64,000 bases of DNA from Deltaproteobacteria bacterium (GTDB lineage: Bacteria > Campylobacterota_A > Desulfurellia > JAGGSF01): NCBI GenBank assembly GCA_021159305.1, contig JAGGSB010000087.1:2927-66926 (forward strand). The letters are read 5' to 3'. A program made the translations under genes and the position numbers. Of the stretch, positions 54,252-63,210 are shown piece after piece. The notes below the pieces were generated by a model. It did not search any database and had not been told where the DNA came from. It saw nothing but the letters and a program-made list of their open reading frames with translations. Numbering within the stretch: the first letter of the stretch is position 1; every line of letters begins with the position of its first letter.

Positions 54252-55127
54252 ATGTCTGTATGTGTTAATGAATCAACAAAAGTAGTAGTGCAAGGTATAA
54301 CAGGAAAAGAGGGAAATTTTCACGCTTTTCAGTGTAAACAATATGGCACTCAAGTTGTGGCAGGTGTTACCCCGGGAAAGGAAGGAGAAGAAGTGGCTGG
54401 CATTCCTGTATTCAACACGGTGAAAAAGGCAGTTGAAGAAACGAAAGCAAATACTTCACTTATTTTTGTACCACCGCCATTTGCGATGGACTCAGTACTG
54501 GAAGCAATAGACGCAGGAATAAAGACTGTTGTGTGTATTACAGAAGGAATACCTATAATGGATATGGTAAAGGTAAGAACGGTGGTGAAAGCAGAAGGAG
54601 TTACATTTATCGGTCCTAATACGCCAGGCATCATTACTGCAGGCGAGGCAAAATTAGGCATTATGCCAGGATTCATATTTAAAAAAGGCTCTGTAGGTAT
54701 AATGTCAAGAAGTGGAACACTGCTTTACGAAGTTGCGGATCAGGTAACAAAATCAGGGTTAGGAGAATCTACTGCTTTAGGTATAGGAGGAGATCCGATT
54801 ATAGGCACAGATTATATATACTGGGTGAAATTGTTTGAAGAAGACCCTCAGACCAAAGCCATCTTTATTATTGGAGAAATAGGTGGAATGATGGAGGAAG
54901 AAACAGCAGAATTTATAAAGTCAAACATTAAAAAACCTGTTTTTGCATTTATTTCTGGAAGGACTGCGCCACCCGGGAAAAGAATGGGTCACGCAGGAGC
55001 AATTATTATGGGTGGCAAGGGTGGTGCAGAGACAAAGATTAAAGCTTTAAGAAAAGCAGGTGTAACAGTTATAGAAAACATTACAGAAGTGGGTAAAATA
55101 ATGAAGGAGAAAATGAGTAAAGGTTAA
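54252..55127 (+). CDS. sucD: succinate--CoA ligase alpha subunit
   Basis: 291 aa, CoA-binding domain and active-site His in MGHAGAII. Confidence 0.9.
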   Translation: MSVCVNESTKVVVQGITGKEGNFHAFQCKQYGTQVVAGVTPGKEGEEVAGIPVFNTVKKAVEETKANTSLIFVPPPFAMDSVLEAIDAGIKTVVCITEGIPIMDMVKVRTVVKAEGVTFIGPNTPGIITAGEAKLGIMPGFIFKKGSVGIMSRSGTLLYEVADQVTKSGLGESTALGIGGDPIIGTDYIYWVKLFEEDPQTKAIFIIGEIGGMMEEETAEFIKSNIKKPVFAFISGRTAPPGKRMGHAGAIIMGGKGGAETKIKALRKAGVTVIENITEVGKIMKEKMSKG

Positions 55128-57658
55128 ACTTTTACTATCTTTTTCTCTCTGATAAATACCAGAAAAGTTTCCACTAAATAGGAGGGATGTAAGGTGCGGA
55201 AGAGTTTTTTGTAACTGTGCATCTTCGCTCTGTGCTTATCTATGTTTTCTCTGCTGAAGGTTTCTGTTTTGTAGTCAAAGATAAGAATCTTTTTGCCTTC
55301 TATTACGCGATCAACAATGTATGTTTTATCTTTCATGCAAACAGATAGTTCATTTCTTCCGGATTGGGAGAAGATAAACTGTGCTATTTTGCCGTTTAAA
55401 AAATCTTCTATCGTTTTTCTTGCTTGTTTCCACAAATTATCTGAGACAAATAAAAACCGGCTCTTTATTTTCTTTTCTATTTCATCCAATCTTCCAAAAT
55501 CATCTTCTGTATTTATCATCTCTAAAAAGGCATGGATTATTTTCCCGAATAGACGAGTTTCTCTTTCGCCCAAAATTTCTTCCACCTTTTCCATACCACC
55601 CCACCATATCTTGTTTAGTGGTTCACAATAATTCTTTTCCTCTATTTTTTTAGCCTTAGACCATTTTTCTTTTATTCCATCTCTAAAGGGTATATTTATA
55701 TACCTATTAATTTCGTTAAACCAGGTTTTACCTTTTTTCCCGTAACCCGAGATATACAATTCATATTTGGCTCGGGTTAAAGCAACATACAGAATATTTA
55801 ATTCCTCTTGAATACATTTTTCATTTTCTTCCTCAAATATTTCTCTTAAGTTTGGCAATTTCTCTCTCTCTTTCTTGGTATGCATCTTATATATTCCCCG
55901 AAATGTAAAATTGTCATCATAGGAAAAAATAAATTTATTCTTGCGTGGATCCAAACCCAAACTGAAGTCTGTCTCAGGCAGAATCACCGCATCAAATTCC
56001 AATCCCTTCGCCTTATGTATCGTTGAAAGCCTGATTGTCTTTCGGTGTTCTGGATGCTGGATATAAAACCTCTCTCTGTTTTCCTCTAAATATTGCAGGA
56101 ATAACAAAAGCAACGGTGGATTTTCTCTTTCATAATCTGCTGCTATGTCTAAAAGCATAGCAATATTATCAGTAACCGATTCTCCTGCTTGTTCCACAAT
56201 TTTCAAAATCAATGCATTTAGAGAAATATGGTTAACCTTAGGCGTAAGAGACTCAATTTTTTTTGTACAAAGTCCATATTTGTAATATTCATCTTGTTGA
56301 GGTAAAAAATATAAAGCATTCATTATATTTCTTACCTCCGGCACATCCAATAAAAACAGTTTTCCCTCTGCAATATAAGGTATGTTTTGTTCGTCAAATA
56401 TCTTACATATATCATTGATCATCCTACCTGTTCTGGTTAATATTGCCACCTCTTGTCCACGCCTTATAAGCTCCTTTGCTTTTTCCACGGTTTGATTTAT
56501 AACCTCTTCTCTTGTTTCAAATCTGTTTACCTCTACATATCCTTCTTCATCTATTACTGCCTCCTGAGATGCGTAATCATCAAGTAAACGGAGAAATAGG
56601 TTGTTTACAAAATTCACTATCCTTTTTGAACTTCTGTAATTTTTATCCAGTGAAATAGTTTTAATCTTTCCCTTAAATCTTTTCTCTACATGGTGGAATA
56701 GTCCTGCTTCTCCACCTCTAAATCTATATATGGATTGCTTTGTATCCCCCACATAAAACAGGCTTCCCTTTTCTTCCTTAGTGCCTATGCCCGATGTAAT
56801 CTCTTCTACCAGTGGTTCTAATATCTTCCATTGGATAACACTAATATCTTGAAATTCATCAATCAAAAGATGCTTTACTCTTCCGTCTAAGCGAAAGTAA
56901 AAATAGTCTTTATCTATACTCTTTTGAAAAAGGTTGTGAACCAAAACCTCCATATCGTGGAAGGTTACAATGTTCCTCTTTTGTTTTAATTCTTCCCATG
57001 AACGCAAAAAAGAAAAGAATGAAAAACACAAAGCATGAAGATAGGGATCAGAAGGAAATTCATGATATCGCTCTTTTATATCTATTTCCCTCATGTACAA
57101 CTCTTCCATCAAATCAAGCAGGAATTTCTTAACATTCAAGCTAACAGAATGATGAAAACCATACAGTTTTTCTATGGATTCCTGCAATATTTCATTCTTC
57201 TCCGCGTTTTCGAACAGTGTATCTATTATTTCTCTCAAATATCTCTTTACTTCACTTTCCTCAACAATTCTGTATCCAGGCAATCTACCTGCCTCAAAGG
57301 GAAATAAACCTATAACTGAAGAAAAGAAGCTGTGCACAGTAGAGATATTCAAAGAAAATCCACATTTATATAAATTATTTAATATAAGTTGTATTTTACC
57401 TCTTGCTTTTTCCCTGTCATTATCCAAAACAGTTAATAGCTCATCATCTTCCCCTCTTACAATATTTTCAATTCTCTCTCTAAGTTTCCTGCGAATATCA
57501 CAGATAGCACTATTGGAGAAGGTAATCACCAAAATTTCCTCATATCCCACACCTTTATAAAGTAAAGCAATGAGGCGAGAGATGAGGGAATATGTCTTCC
57601 CTGTACCAGCAGAAGCTAAAACGGCAATATTTTCTTCAGGATTACACAAATCTACCAT
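55124..57658 (-). CDS. addA: AddA-type helicase-nuclease (UvrD-like SF1A helicase with C-terminal PD-(D/E)xK nuclease), compact
   Basis: 844 aa. Helicase motifs I ASAGTGKT, II DEFQD, III GDTKQSIYRFRGGE, V/VI TIHKAKGLEFDAV and VALTRA. C-terminal RecB-nuclease motif IVDRVIEGKKILIFDYKT. Confidence 0.75.
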   Translation of the reverse strand: MVDLCNPEENIAVLASAGTGKTYSLISRLIALLYKGVGYEEILVITFSNSAICDIRRKLRERIENIVRGEDDELLTVLDNDREKARGKIQLILNNLYKCGFSLNISTVHSFFSSVIGLFPFEAGRLPGYRIVEESEVKRYLREIIDTLFENAEKNEILQESIEKLYGFHHSVSLNVKKFLLDLMEELYMREIDIKERYHEFPSDPYLHALCFSFFSFLRSWEELKQKRNIVTFHDMEVLVHNLFQKSIDKDYFYFRLDGRVKHLLIDEFQDISVIQWKILEPLVEEITSGIGTKEEKGSLFYVGDTKQSIYRFRGGEAGLFHHVEKRFKGKIKTISLDKNYRSSKRIVNFVNNLFLRLLDDYASQEAVIDEEGYVEVNRFETREEVINQTVEKAKELIRRGQEVAILTRTGRMINDICKIFDEQNIPYIAEGKLFLLDVPEVRNIMNALYFLPQQDEYYKYGLCTKKIESLTPKVNHISLNALILKIVEQAGESVTDNIAMLLDIAADYERENPPLLLLFLQYLEENRERFYIQHPEHRKTIRLSTIHKAKGLEFDAVILPETDFSLGLDPRKNKFIFSYDDNFTFRGIYKMHTKKEREKLPNLREIFEEENEKCIQEELNILYVALTRAKYELYISGYGKKGKTWFNEINRYINIPFRDGIKEKWSKAKKIEEKNYCEPLNKIWWGGMEKVEEILGERETRLFGKIIHAFLEMINTEDDFGRLDEIEKKIKSRFLFVSDNLWKQARKTIEDFLNGKIAQFIFSQSGRNELSVCMKDKTYIVDRVIEGKKILIFDYKTETFSRENIDKHRAKMHSYKKLFRTLHPSYLVETFLVFIREKKIVKV

Positions 57659-60354
57659 TTAAGCCATCTCTTGCAGATTGTTTTATAAAAGCACATATTG
57701 CATTTTTCCTCCTGCTCTGTAAAACAAAAAGGGCAATCTTCATCTAAGATAAGAGCAAATATCTCGTCTAATTCGTCCTGGAATTTTTTTATATCTATCT
57801 TTTCTGCCTTTAAACAAAAATCCTTCTTCAGGTCGTAAAATCCCAATTGCACAATATTTTCCGCCTTTGTATATCCCGTTTTATCTAAAAGCAATGCATA
57901 GAACGGTAACTGAACATTCACAAGTTCATTCTTCTTTTTTATATAAGTTTTTTTTATATATCCTGTCTTGTAATCCAAAATAGCATATTCCCCATCTCTT
58001 ACATCTATGCGATCTATTATTCCCTTTATCTTTATCAGGGTATCGTTTTTTAGTCGATATTCAGCTTTTCTCCTCATCTCCAGTTCTTTTATCTTCCATC
58101 CTTCGTTGAATCGCTTTTCTTCCTCATTAAAAAAGTTTTCAAACTTTTTAATATACATTTTCATTCGCCATTCATCGTAAAATGTAGCGGTTTTTGAGAG
58201 CAATTCTTTTTCAAACAGTTGTTTTAACTCAGACCACGACTTACCTTTTTGATAAATCTTTTTCAAAGCATCATGTACAATAACCCCATAATCTACCGCT
58301 TCCATCTCTCCCTTCCATTTTCGTGGTTCAGGGATGCCCACCACATTCTTTAGATAGAATTTATAGGGACAAAAGAGAAAATCATTTACAGAGGTAGCAG
58401 AATAATTGATATTTAACAATTTTTCACGAAAATCTTTCTTTCTTGGTAATGTTAATTCTTTTTTTGTATTGATGCTTTTCTGGACAACTGCCTTGCAGTT
58501 GCCAGCAAATGTTACATTTGTCTGAACAACTGCTTGAGGAAAAAGAATTTTGGCATCTATCTTCTTAGACTGAAATGGATACAAAAAGCGACTCTCTTCC
58601 TGTCCCTTTTTTTCATTTACCCGAGAGGCAAAATAGACATAAGGATGGGCTTTTGAAAGTTCATCAAAATAACACGCAAATAAAGCTTCTCTATCGTCTG
58701 CTGTGGGAAGGCCCACCCGCTTTCTAATATAGGTGTTGAGGAAATATTCTTTTTCACTCTTTTTTGGAAACACACCCTCCGTCAGTGAAGGAACGATTAT
58801 CGCTTTAAAATCTATACCTCTCGCTTCCAGCACGCCGAGCAGCTGTATGCCGTTTTCCCTTTCTCCATAAAGAGAAATACGCTTTTCATTACCCAAACTC
58901 AAAAATAGATGAACAATAGAATGAAAATCAGACAAATGGAACATTTGCTGACAACTGCCCTGCAGTTGATCAGAGAAATCATCTTTATTGAGATTTGCAA
59001 CAAAATCCATTTCATCTAAAATCTCATGATAGGCGTCTCTTTCATAAATATTGATAGACTCTCTACTATATTTATCCAGAATATGTCTCAATTTTTGGCA
59101 AAATGTCTCTATTTTATTTGTATCACACAGAGAAAAGATTTCTCTTAAAAGTACTTCTATCTCCTCATACCCTTCTATATGCTCGGTAAATATGTCAAAT
59201 CTCACCTTTTTCTCATTTTCTATATTTTCTTCCACTTTTTTGGCATATTCATTCATCATTTTTAAAAAAGGATGCCTCAAAAAAGACAAGAACTCAGCAC
59301 AATAAAAATCAGCTTCTCTAACATCGCATAGACTTTTTACAAATACATAACTCAACGATGTCTTAAAGGGCAAACCAGAGGAATAGTTGTAAGGAATACC
59401 CATCTTCTCTAAAAATGAGATAAGAGGCATAGCCAGGGATTCATCGGGTAAAATGACGGCAATTTCATTTAGGGGAATGTTCTTCTTGTCTGTTCTTTCT
59501 ATTGCCTTTATGACAAATGCTATTTCTTCCATCGTGTTTTGACATTGAAAAACCTCCACCTCAGGTAAAATTTGTGGGTAAGGACAATAAGACAGTTCTA
59601 TAGTTTCATCAAGCTTTAATCCTTCAATATTTTTGTACACAAAATCGTTTTCTTCCCACGAGATTATCCAGTCTACAGTAAATAATCTGGAAAGGGTATT
59701 TAGTATCTTTTTTTCCTTCTTTGTTATAGCCAGAAAACCAGAAAAATACAATTTACTCAAAGGTAAAACAGGTGATGTAGATACAAATTCCTCTACCTTT
59801 TTTAATCTTTCTGCATCATCCAGAAACCCATTTGCCTTTAATATCTTTTTGTAAGAAACAAATACATTCTGCAAAAGATCTATATGCTTTTCATAATCGC
59901 TGTACAAAGCTTCTTTCTTCAGATCATCAAAATTTATCTCTTCTTTTTCCAGCTCTTGAAAAAAACTCCCCAATTTTACACCGATAGTTACAAACTTTAA
60001 AAAATCTTCCCATAGCTCCTTGCTTGCATTTAGATTTTCTAATTCTTTTCTATAATTTTTCAGTACATTCCACAAAAGGAGATTTAAGGTAGGTTTTCCA
60101 GGAAATACTCTTTCTTCACCGCTACTTAATAGCAACCAATCGTAAAACTCTACGATGGAAAATAACCTCGGAGGAATAAATACACTATCTATTTCTTTTA
60201 ACAACCTTTTCTTAAAGTAATAAGCAGCCCTTTTTGAAGGAAAAACACAACAGAGAGAAGAAAAATCGGGCAAAAAACTCTCATTTTCTTTTAGAAAATA
60301 GCTCACTGCTGTTTTCAGAAAGGGTTGTTGAATGGGAATTTTTATCAATTTCAT
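57652..60354 (-). CDS. addB: AddB-type subunit (inactivated helicase-like N-terminus, C-terminal RecB-family nuclease with Fe-S Cys ligands)
   Basis: 900 aa. No Walker A. C-terminal IIDRIDVRDGEYAILDYKTG and QLPFYALLL nuclease motifs, flanked by Cys (CPYKFY ... CNMCFYKTIC, C-x2-C-x5-C) like the AddB iron-staple. Upstream of and overlapping addA. Confidence 0.7.
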   Translation of the reverse strand: MKLIKIPIQQPFLKTAVSYFLKENESFLPDFSSLCCVFPSKRAAYYFKKRLLKEIDSVFIPPRLFSIVEFYDWLLLSSGEERVFPGKPTLNLLLWNVLKNYRKELENLNASKELWEDFLKFVTIGVKLGSFFQELEKEEINFDDLKKEALYSDYEKHIDLLQNVFVSYKKILKANGFLDDAERLKKVEEFVSTSPVLPLSKLYFSGFLAITKKEKKILNTLSRLFTVDWIISWEENDFVYKNIEGLKLDETIELSYCPYPQILPEVEVFQCQNTMEEIAFVIKAIERTDKKNIPLNEIAVILPDESLAMPLISFLEKMGIPYNYSSGLPFKTSLSYVFVKSLCDVREADFYCAEFLSFLRHPFLKMMNEYAKKVEENIENEKKVRFDIFTEHIEGYEEIEVLLREIFSLCDTNKIETFCQKLRHILDKYSRESINIYERDAYHEILDEMDFVANLNKDDFSDQLQGSCQQMFHLSDFHSIVHLFLSLGNEKRISLYGERENGIQLLGVLEARGIDFKAIIVPSLTEGVFPKKSEKEYFLNTYIRKRVGLPTADDREALFACYFDELSKAHPYVYFASRVNEKKGQEESRFLYPFQSKKIDAKILFPQAVVQTNVTFAGNCKAVVQKSINTKKELTLPRKKDFREKLLNINYSATSVNDFLFCPYKFYLKNVVGIPEPRKWKGEMEAVDYGVIVHDALKKIYQKGKSWSELKQLFEKELLSKTATFYDEWRMKMYIKKFENFFNEEEKRFNEGWKIKELEMRRKAEYRLKNDTLIKIKGIIDRIDVRDGEYAILDYKTGYIKKTYIKKKNELVNVQLPFYALLLDKTGYTKAENIVQLGFYDLKKDFCLKAEKIDIKKFQDELDEIFALILDEDCPFCFTEQEEKCNMCFYKTICKRWLKW

Positions 60355-60366
60355 ATTGAATGGATT

Positions 60367-60927
60367 TTAATAGTTGTCAAAACACAAAATAGATTCATAT
60401 CCTTCATCAATACAAGCCTTTCTTAAACTATCTATTGCTTCTTTGGAGGCCCCTAAATAAACCAATTTTTGTGCATCCAGAAGAAATCCCTTGTTTATAC
60501 AAGCCTTTATTAGAGCATCTACTTCCTCCATTGAAAGCTTTCTTTTTCTCATTTTAAGCACTTCTAAGACCTCGGGGACCCATCCGTTTCTGATACAGTC
60601 TTTTATTAATAGTTCATACTTTTCCTTTGATGTTCCCAGCCTGGCTGCGTCTATGGCTGCTCCAATCCATCCCTTGCTTCTATAAAAATCCACTATGGGG
60701 TTAATTTCCTTTAATGGAATATTTAAGATTTTCATTACACTGCGGATTTCTTCAACATGTCCGGCGTTGATGTGAGCCATTATTAAAAAAATCCTCATTT
60801 TTTTTGAAGCCCCCAACTTGGCTTTCCTTAAAGCCTGATCGAGATCGTTTCTTTCTATATAGGCTTTTACCAGCGAATCAATCTTTTCTGTTTTATTCAT
60901 TTTAATCATCTCCTTACATTTCTCCAT
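60367..60927 (-). CDS. hypothetical tandem-repeat protein (about five ~33-aa helical repeats, [IV]DxLxKACIxxG...LG[AT]SKE)
   Basis: 186 aa. Repeats visible by eye: IDSLVKAYIERN..LGASKK, IGAAIDAARLGTSKEK, VDALIKACINKGF..LGASKEA, IDSLRKACIDEGY. No recognisable enzymatic motif. Confidence 0.5.
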   Translation of the reverse strand: MEKCKEMIKMNKTEKIDSLVKAYIERNDLDQALRKAKLGASKKMRIFLIMAHINAGHVEEIRSVMKILNIPLKEINPIVDFYRSKGWIGAAIDAARLGTSKEKYELLIKDCIRNGWVPEVLEVLKMRKRKLSMEEVDALIKACINKGFLLDAQKLVYLGASKEAIDSLRKACIDEGYESILCFDNY

Positions 60928-60970
60928 TTATCATAGTTCTTTTCTCATATTGGTCAATATTTCATTTTAT

Positions 60971-60998
60971 TTGACTTCTGCCCTAATCTAAATATAAT
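60971..60998 (+). promoter_or_regulatory. near-consensus sigma70 promoter upstream of the HTH-cupin regulator gene
   Basis: TTGACT, a 16-nt spacer, then TATAAT, ~80 nt upstream of the AGGAGA SD and the ATG at 61081. Confidence 0.45.
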
Positions 60999-61080
60999 TT
61001 AAGAAGTTAATTTATTTAACAGTGGATAGTGCTCGCAAACATATAGTTAGAATTTAAACAACCTAAAGGAGATAAAGATT

Positions 61081-61623
61081 ATGGAAATGTGTGAAAAAAT
61101 TAAGTCTTTGAGAAAGAAAAAGGGTTATACTTTAAAAGTTTTAGCAGACAAAGTGGGATGTACGGATGCTTATATCTCTCAGATAGAAACAGGCAAAGCT
61201 GTTCCTTCTATCTCTATTTTAAAAAAATTGGCTGAGTCTTTAAATGAAGACATGAGAGATTTAATATGTGATGAAAGAAGGGAAGATAAAATATTTCTTA
61301 ATGCTAAAGAAAGAACAAAAATCATCTATCCGGAGAGTAAGATACGAGCAGAACTGCTGGTTAAAAAAATTACCACCAAAGCTATGGAACCTTTGTATAA
61401 GGTGATACCTGTTGGCGAGAGCAGTAAGGGAATACATCAACATGAAGGAGAAGAATTCGGTTATATACTGAAGGGTAGCTTGGAATTATGTGTGGAAGAC
61501 CAAAAAAAGGTACTTTATAAAGGAGATAGTTTTTACTTCAACGCACATAAACCGCATTCCTATAAGAATGTCGGAGATGAAGATGTAGAAACAATTTGGG
61601 TTGTTGTACCACCTGTATTATAA
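61081..61623 (+). CDS. XRE-family HTH transcriptional regulator with C-terminal cupin sensor domain
   Basis: 180 aa. Cro/C1-type HTH (LKVLADKVGCTDAYISQIETGKAVPSISILKKLAESL) plus cupin motifs (GEEFGYILKG ... HKPHSYKN). Confidence 0.85.
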   Translation: MEMCEKIKSLRKKKGYTLKVLADKVGCTDAYISQIETGKAVPSISILKKLAESLNEDMRDLICDERREDKIFLNAKERTKIIYPESKIRAELLVKKITTKAMEPLYKVIPVGESSKGIHQHEGEEFGYILKGSLELCVEDQKKVLYKGDSFYFNAHKPHSYKNVGDEDVETIWVVVPPVL

Positions 61624-62217
61624 CTGGTAAACATTTAAGACATGATGACAAAATGGCAACTTACATGCAAGCTTCAGTCCATGTAATGGTAAAGAAGAGG
61701 TAGTTGTAAAATGAAAGAAATAGCCGTTGCAAATTTCTCTTATCTTTTTCAAGATAAAAGAATTAATGGATACTGCCCTTAAACTCACATAATTATAAAA
61801 AGAGTCAAATTTCATCTTTTCAAATCTCTCGTTCCTTATATCACAAGAAAGTTTAAGTGTTGCGCATACAAACCGAAGGAAGGCAGCTTTTTTCCCGTTT
61901 GATTCTACAAGTGTAACATACATATCAGGTTCATATATCTTGGCAGCTAACCCCGGAAAACCTGCCCCAGAACCAACATCTAACAGCTTCCCTCTATCTT
62001 CATCTTTTATTACTTTAAATAACAAGAGTGATTCACACAACTGATATTTGACTAAATTTTCAAAGGAAGCAGAAAAAAGATTTATCTTTCTGTTCCATTT
62101 AAAAAGTAGCTGCATATACAACCAGAAGTTATCTGCATTTTTTCCTTCTATGTCAATTTCATAAAGGCAATTTCTAAACAACTCTGTAAATTTTTCTTCA
62201 CTTAAGATTTCCGACAT
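61618..62217 (-). CDS. rsmG: 16S rRNA (guanine527-N7)-methyltransferase RsmG (GidB)
   Basis: 199 aa, SAM-binding LLDVGSGAGFPGL. Confidence 0.85.
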   Translation of the reverse strand: MSEILSEEKFTELFRNCLYEIDIEGKNADNFWLYMQLLFKWNRKINLFSASFENLVKYQLCESLLLFKVIKDEDRGKLLDVGSGAGFPGLAAKIYEPDMYVTLVESNGKKAAFLRFVCATLKLSCDIRNERFEKMKFDSFYNYVSLRAVSINSFILKKIREICNGYFFHFTTTSSLPLHGLKLACKLPFCHHVLNVYQL

Positions 62218-62260
62218 AAAACCTTCTCTGGAAGTTTATACTATAAAATGATTCTCTTAA

Positions 62261-63127
62261 TCAACTGCTAAAAACAATGGTTTTGTTTCCATACACCAAG
62301 ATTCTATTTTCCAGATGTAGCTTTATTGCTCGAGAAAACACTATCTTTTCTATATCTCTACCTTTGTAAATTAAGTCCTCTATAGAATCTCTATGCGTAA
62401 CCCGAATTACATCCTGTTCAATGATCGGCCCAGCATCAAGTTCACCAGTTACATAATGGCTGGTAGCCCCAATGACTTTCACTCCTCTTTCCCTGGCCTG
62501 ACGGTAAGGATGAGAACCTGCAAAGGCAGGTAAAAATGAGTGATGAATGTTGATAATACAGTTTGGATAGTGGGAAATAAATTGTGGCGTTAAGATTTGC
62601 ATATAGCGTGCAAGTGCAATTAAATCTATATTGTGTTCTTTAAGAAGAGCCAACTCCTTTTTTTCCACTGTCATCTTTGTTTGTGAATTAATTGGAAATA
62701 CATAAAAGGGAATTCCAAAGGTTTTTGCCACTGGACTTAAATCTGGATGATTGCCAATAATTAACTTAATATTGGTCACAAACTCACCTGCACTATGCCG
62801 TAGAAGAATTTCATACAAGCAATGAGATGCTTTTGAAACAAAGATAGCCATGTTGGGGATATCATCTGTAAAATATAGGCGCCAATCTACCTGAAAACGT
62901 TGAGCCAAAGAACTAAACGCCCTTGACATCTCTTGTCTTCCTAAATCAAAACCATTCATTTCCCATTCAATCCGCATAAAAAATTGCCCTTTTTCTGTGT
63001 CCGTGTATTGATCAGCGTGGACAATATTTCCCTTATGTTCATAAATAAATTGAGAAACTGAGGCTACAATGCCCTTTTTATCAGGACAAGAAAGCAACAG
63101 AACAGCATGATTTCGTAATGAATCCAT
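62261..63127 (-). CDS. purU: formyltetrahydrofolate deformylase
   Basis: 288 aa. N-terminal ACT domain plus formyltransferase domain (NIHHSFLPAFAG, HYVTGELDAGPII). Confidence 0.85.
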   Translation of the reverse strand: MDSLRNHAVLLLSCPDKKGIVASVSQFIYEHKGNIVHADQYTDTEKGQFFMRIEWEMNGFDLGRQEMSRAFSSLAQRFQVDWRLYFTDDIPNMAIFVSKASHCLYEILLRHSAGEFVTNIKLIIGNHPDLSPVAKTFGIPFYVFPINSQTKMTVEKKELALLKEHNIDLIALARYMQILTPQFISHYPNCIINIHHSFLPAFAGSHPYRQARERGVKVIGATSHYVTGELDAGPIIEQDVIRVTHRDSIEDLIYKGRDIEKIVFSRAIKLHLENRILVYGNKTIVFSS

Positions 63128-63210
63128 TTCACCACTCTACTTTAATGTTTTAGAGTATCATGCCATGAAACAGGCTTTAGGTCAACACTTACAATATGTT
63201 TCACGTGAAA

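Noticed and set aside
55124-60354. Two large helicase/nuclease genes as a phage-defence module (Gabija/Hachiman-like)
   Set aside because: The first gene has the full UvrD SF1A motif set plus a RecB nuclease. The second has the AddB-specific C-x2-C-x5-C iron-staple around a RecB nuclease, and the gene order is addB-addA. This is the AddAB recombination machine, not a defence system.
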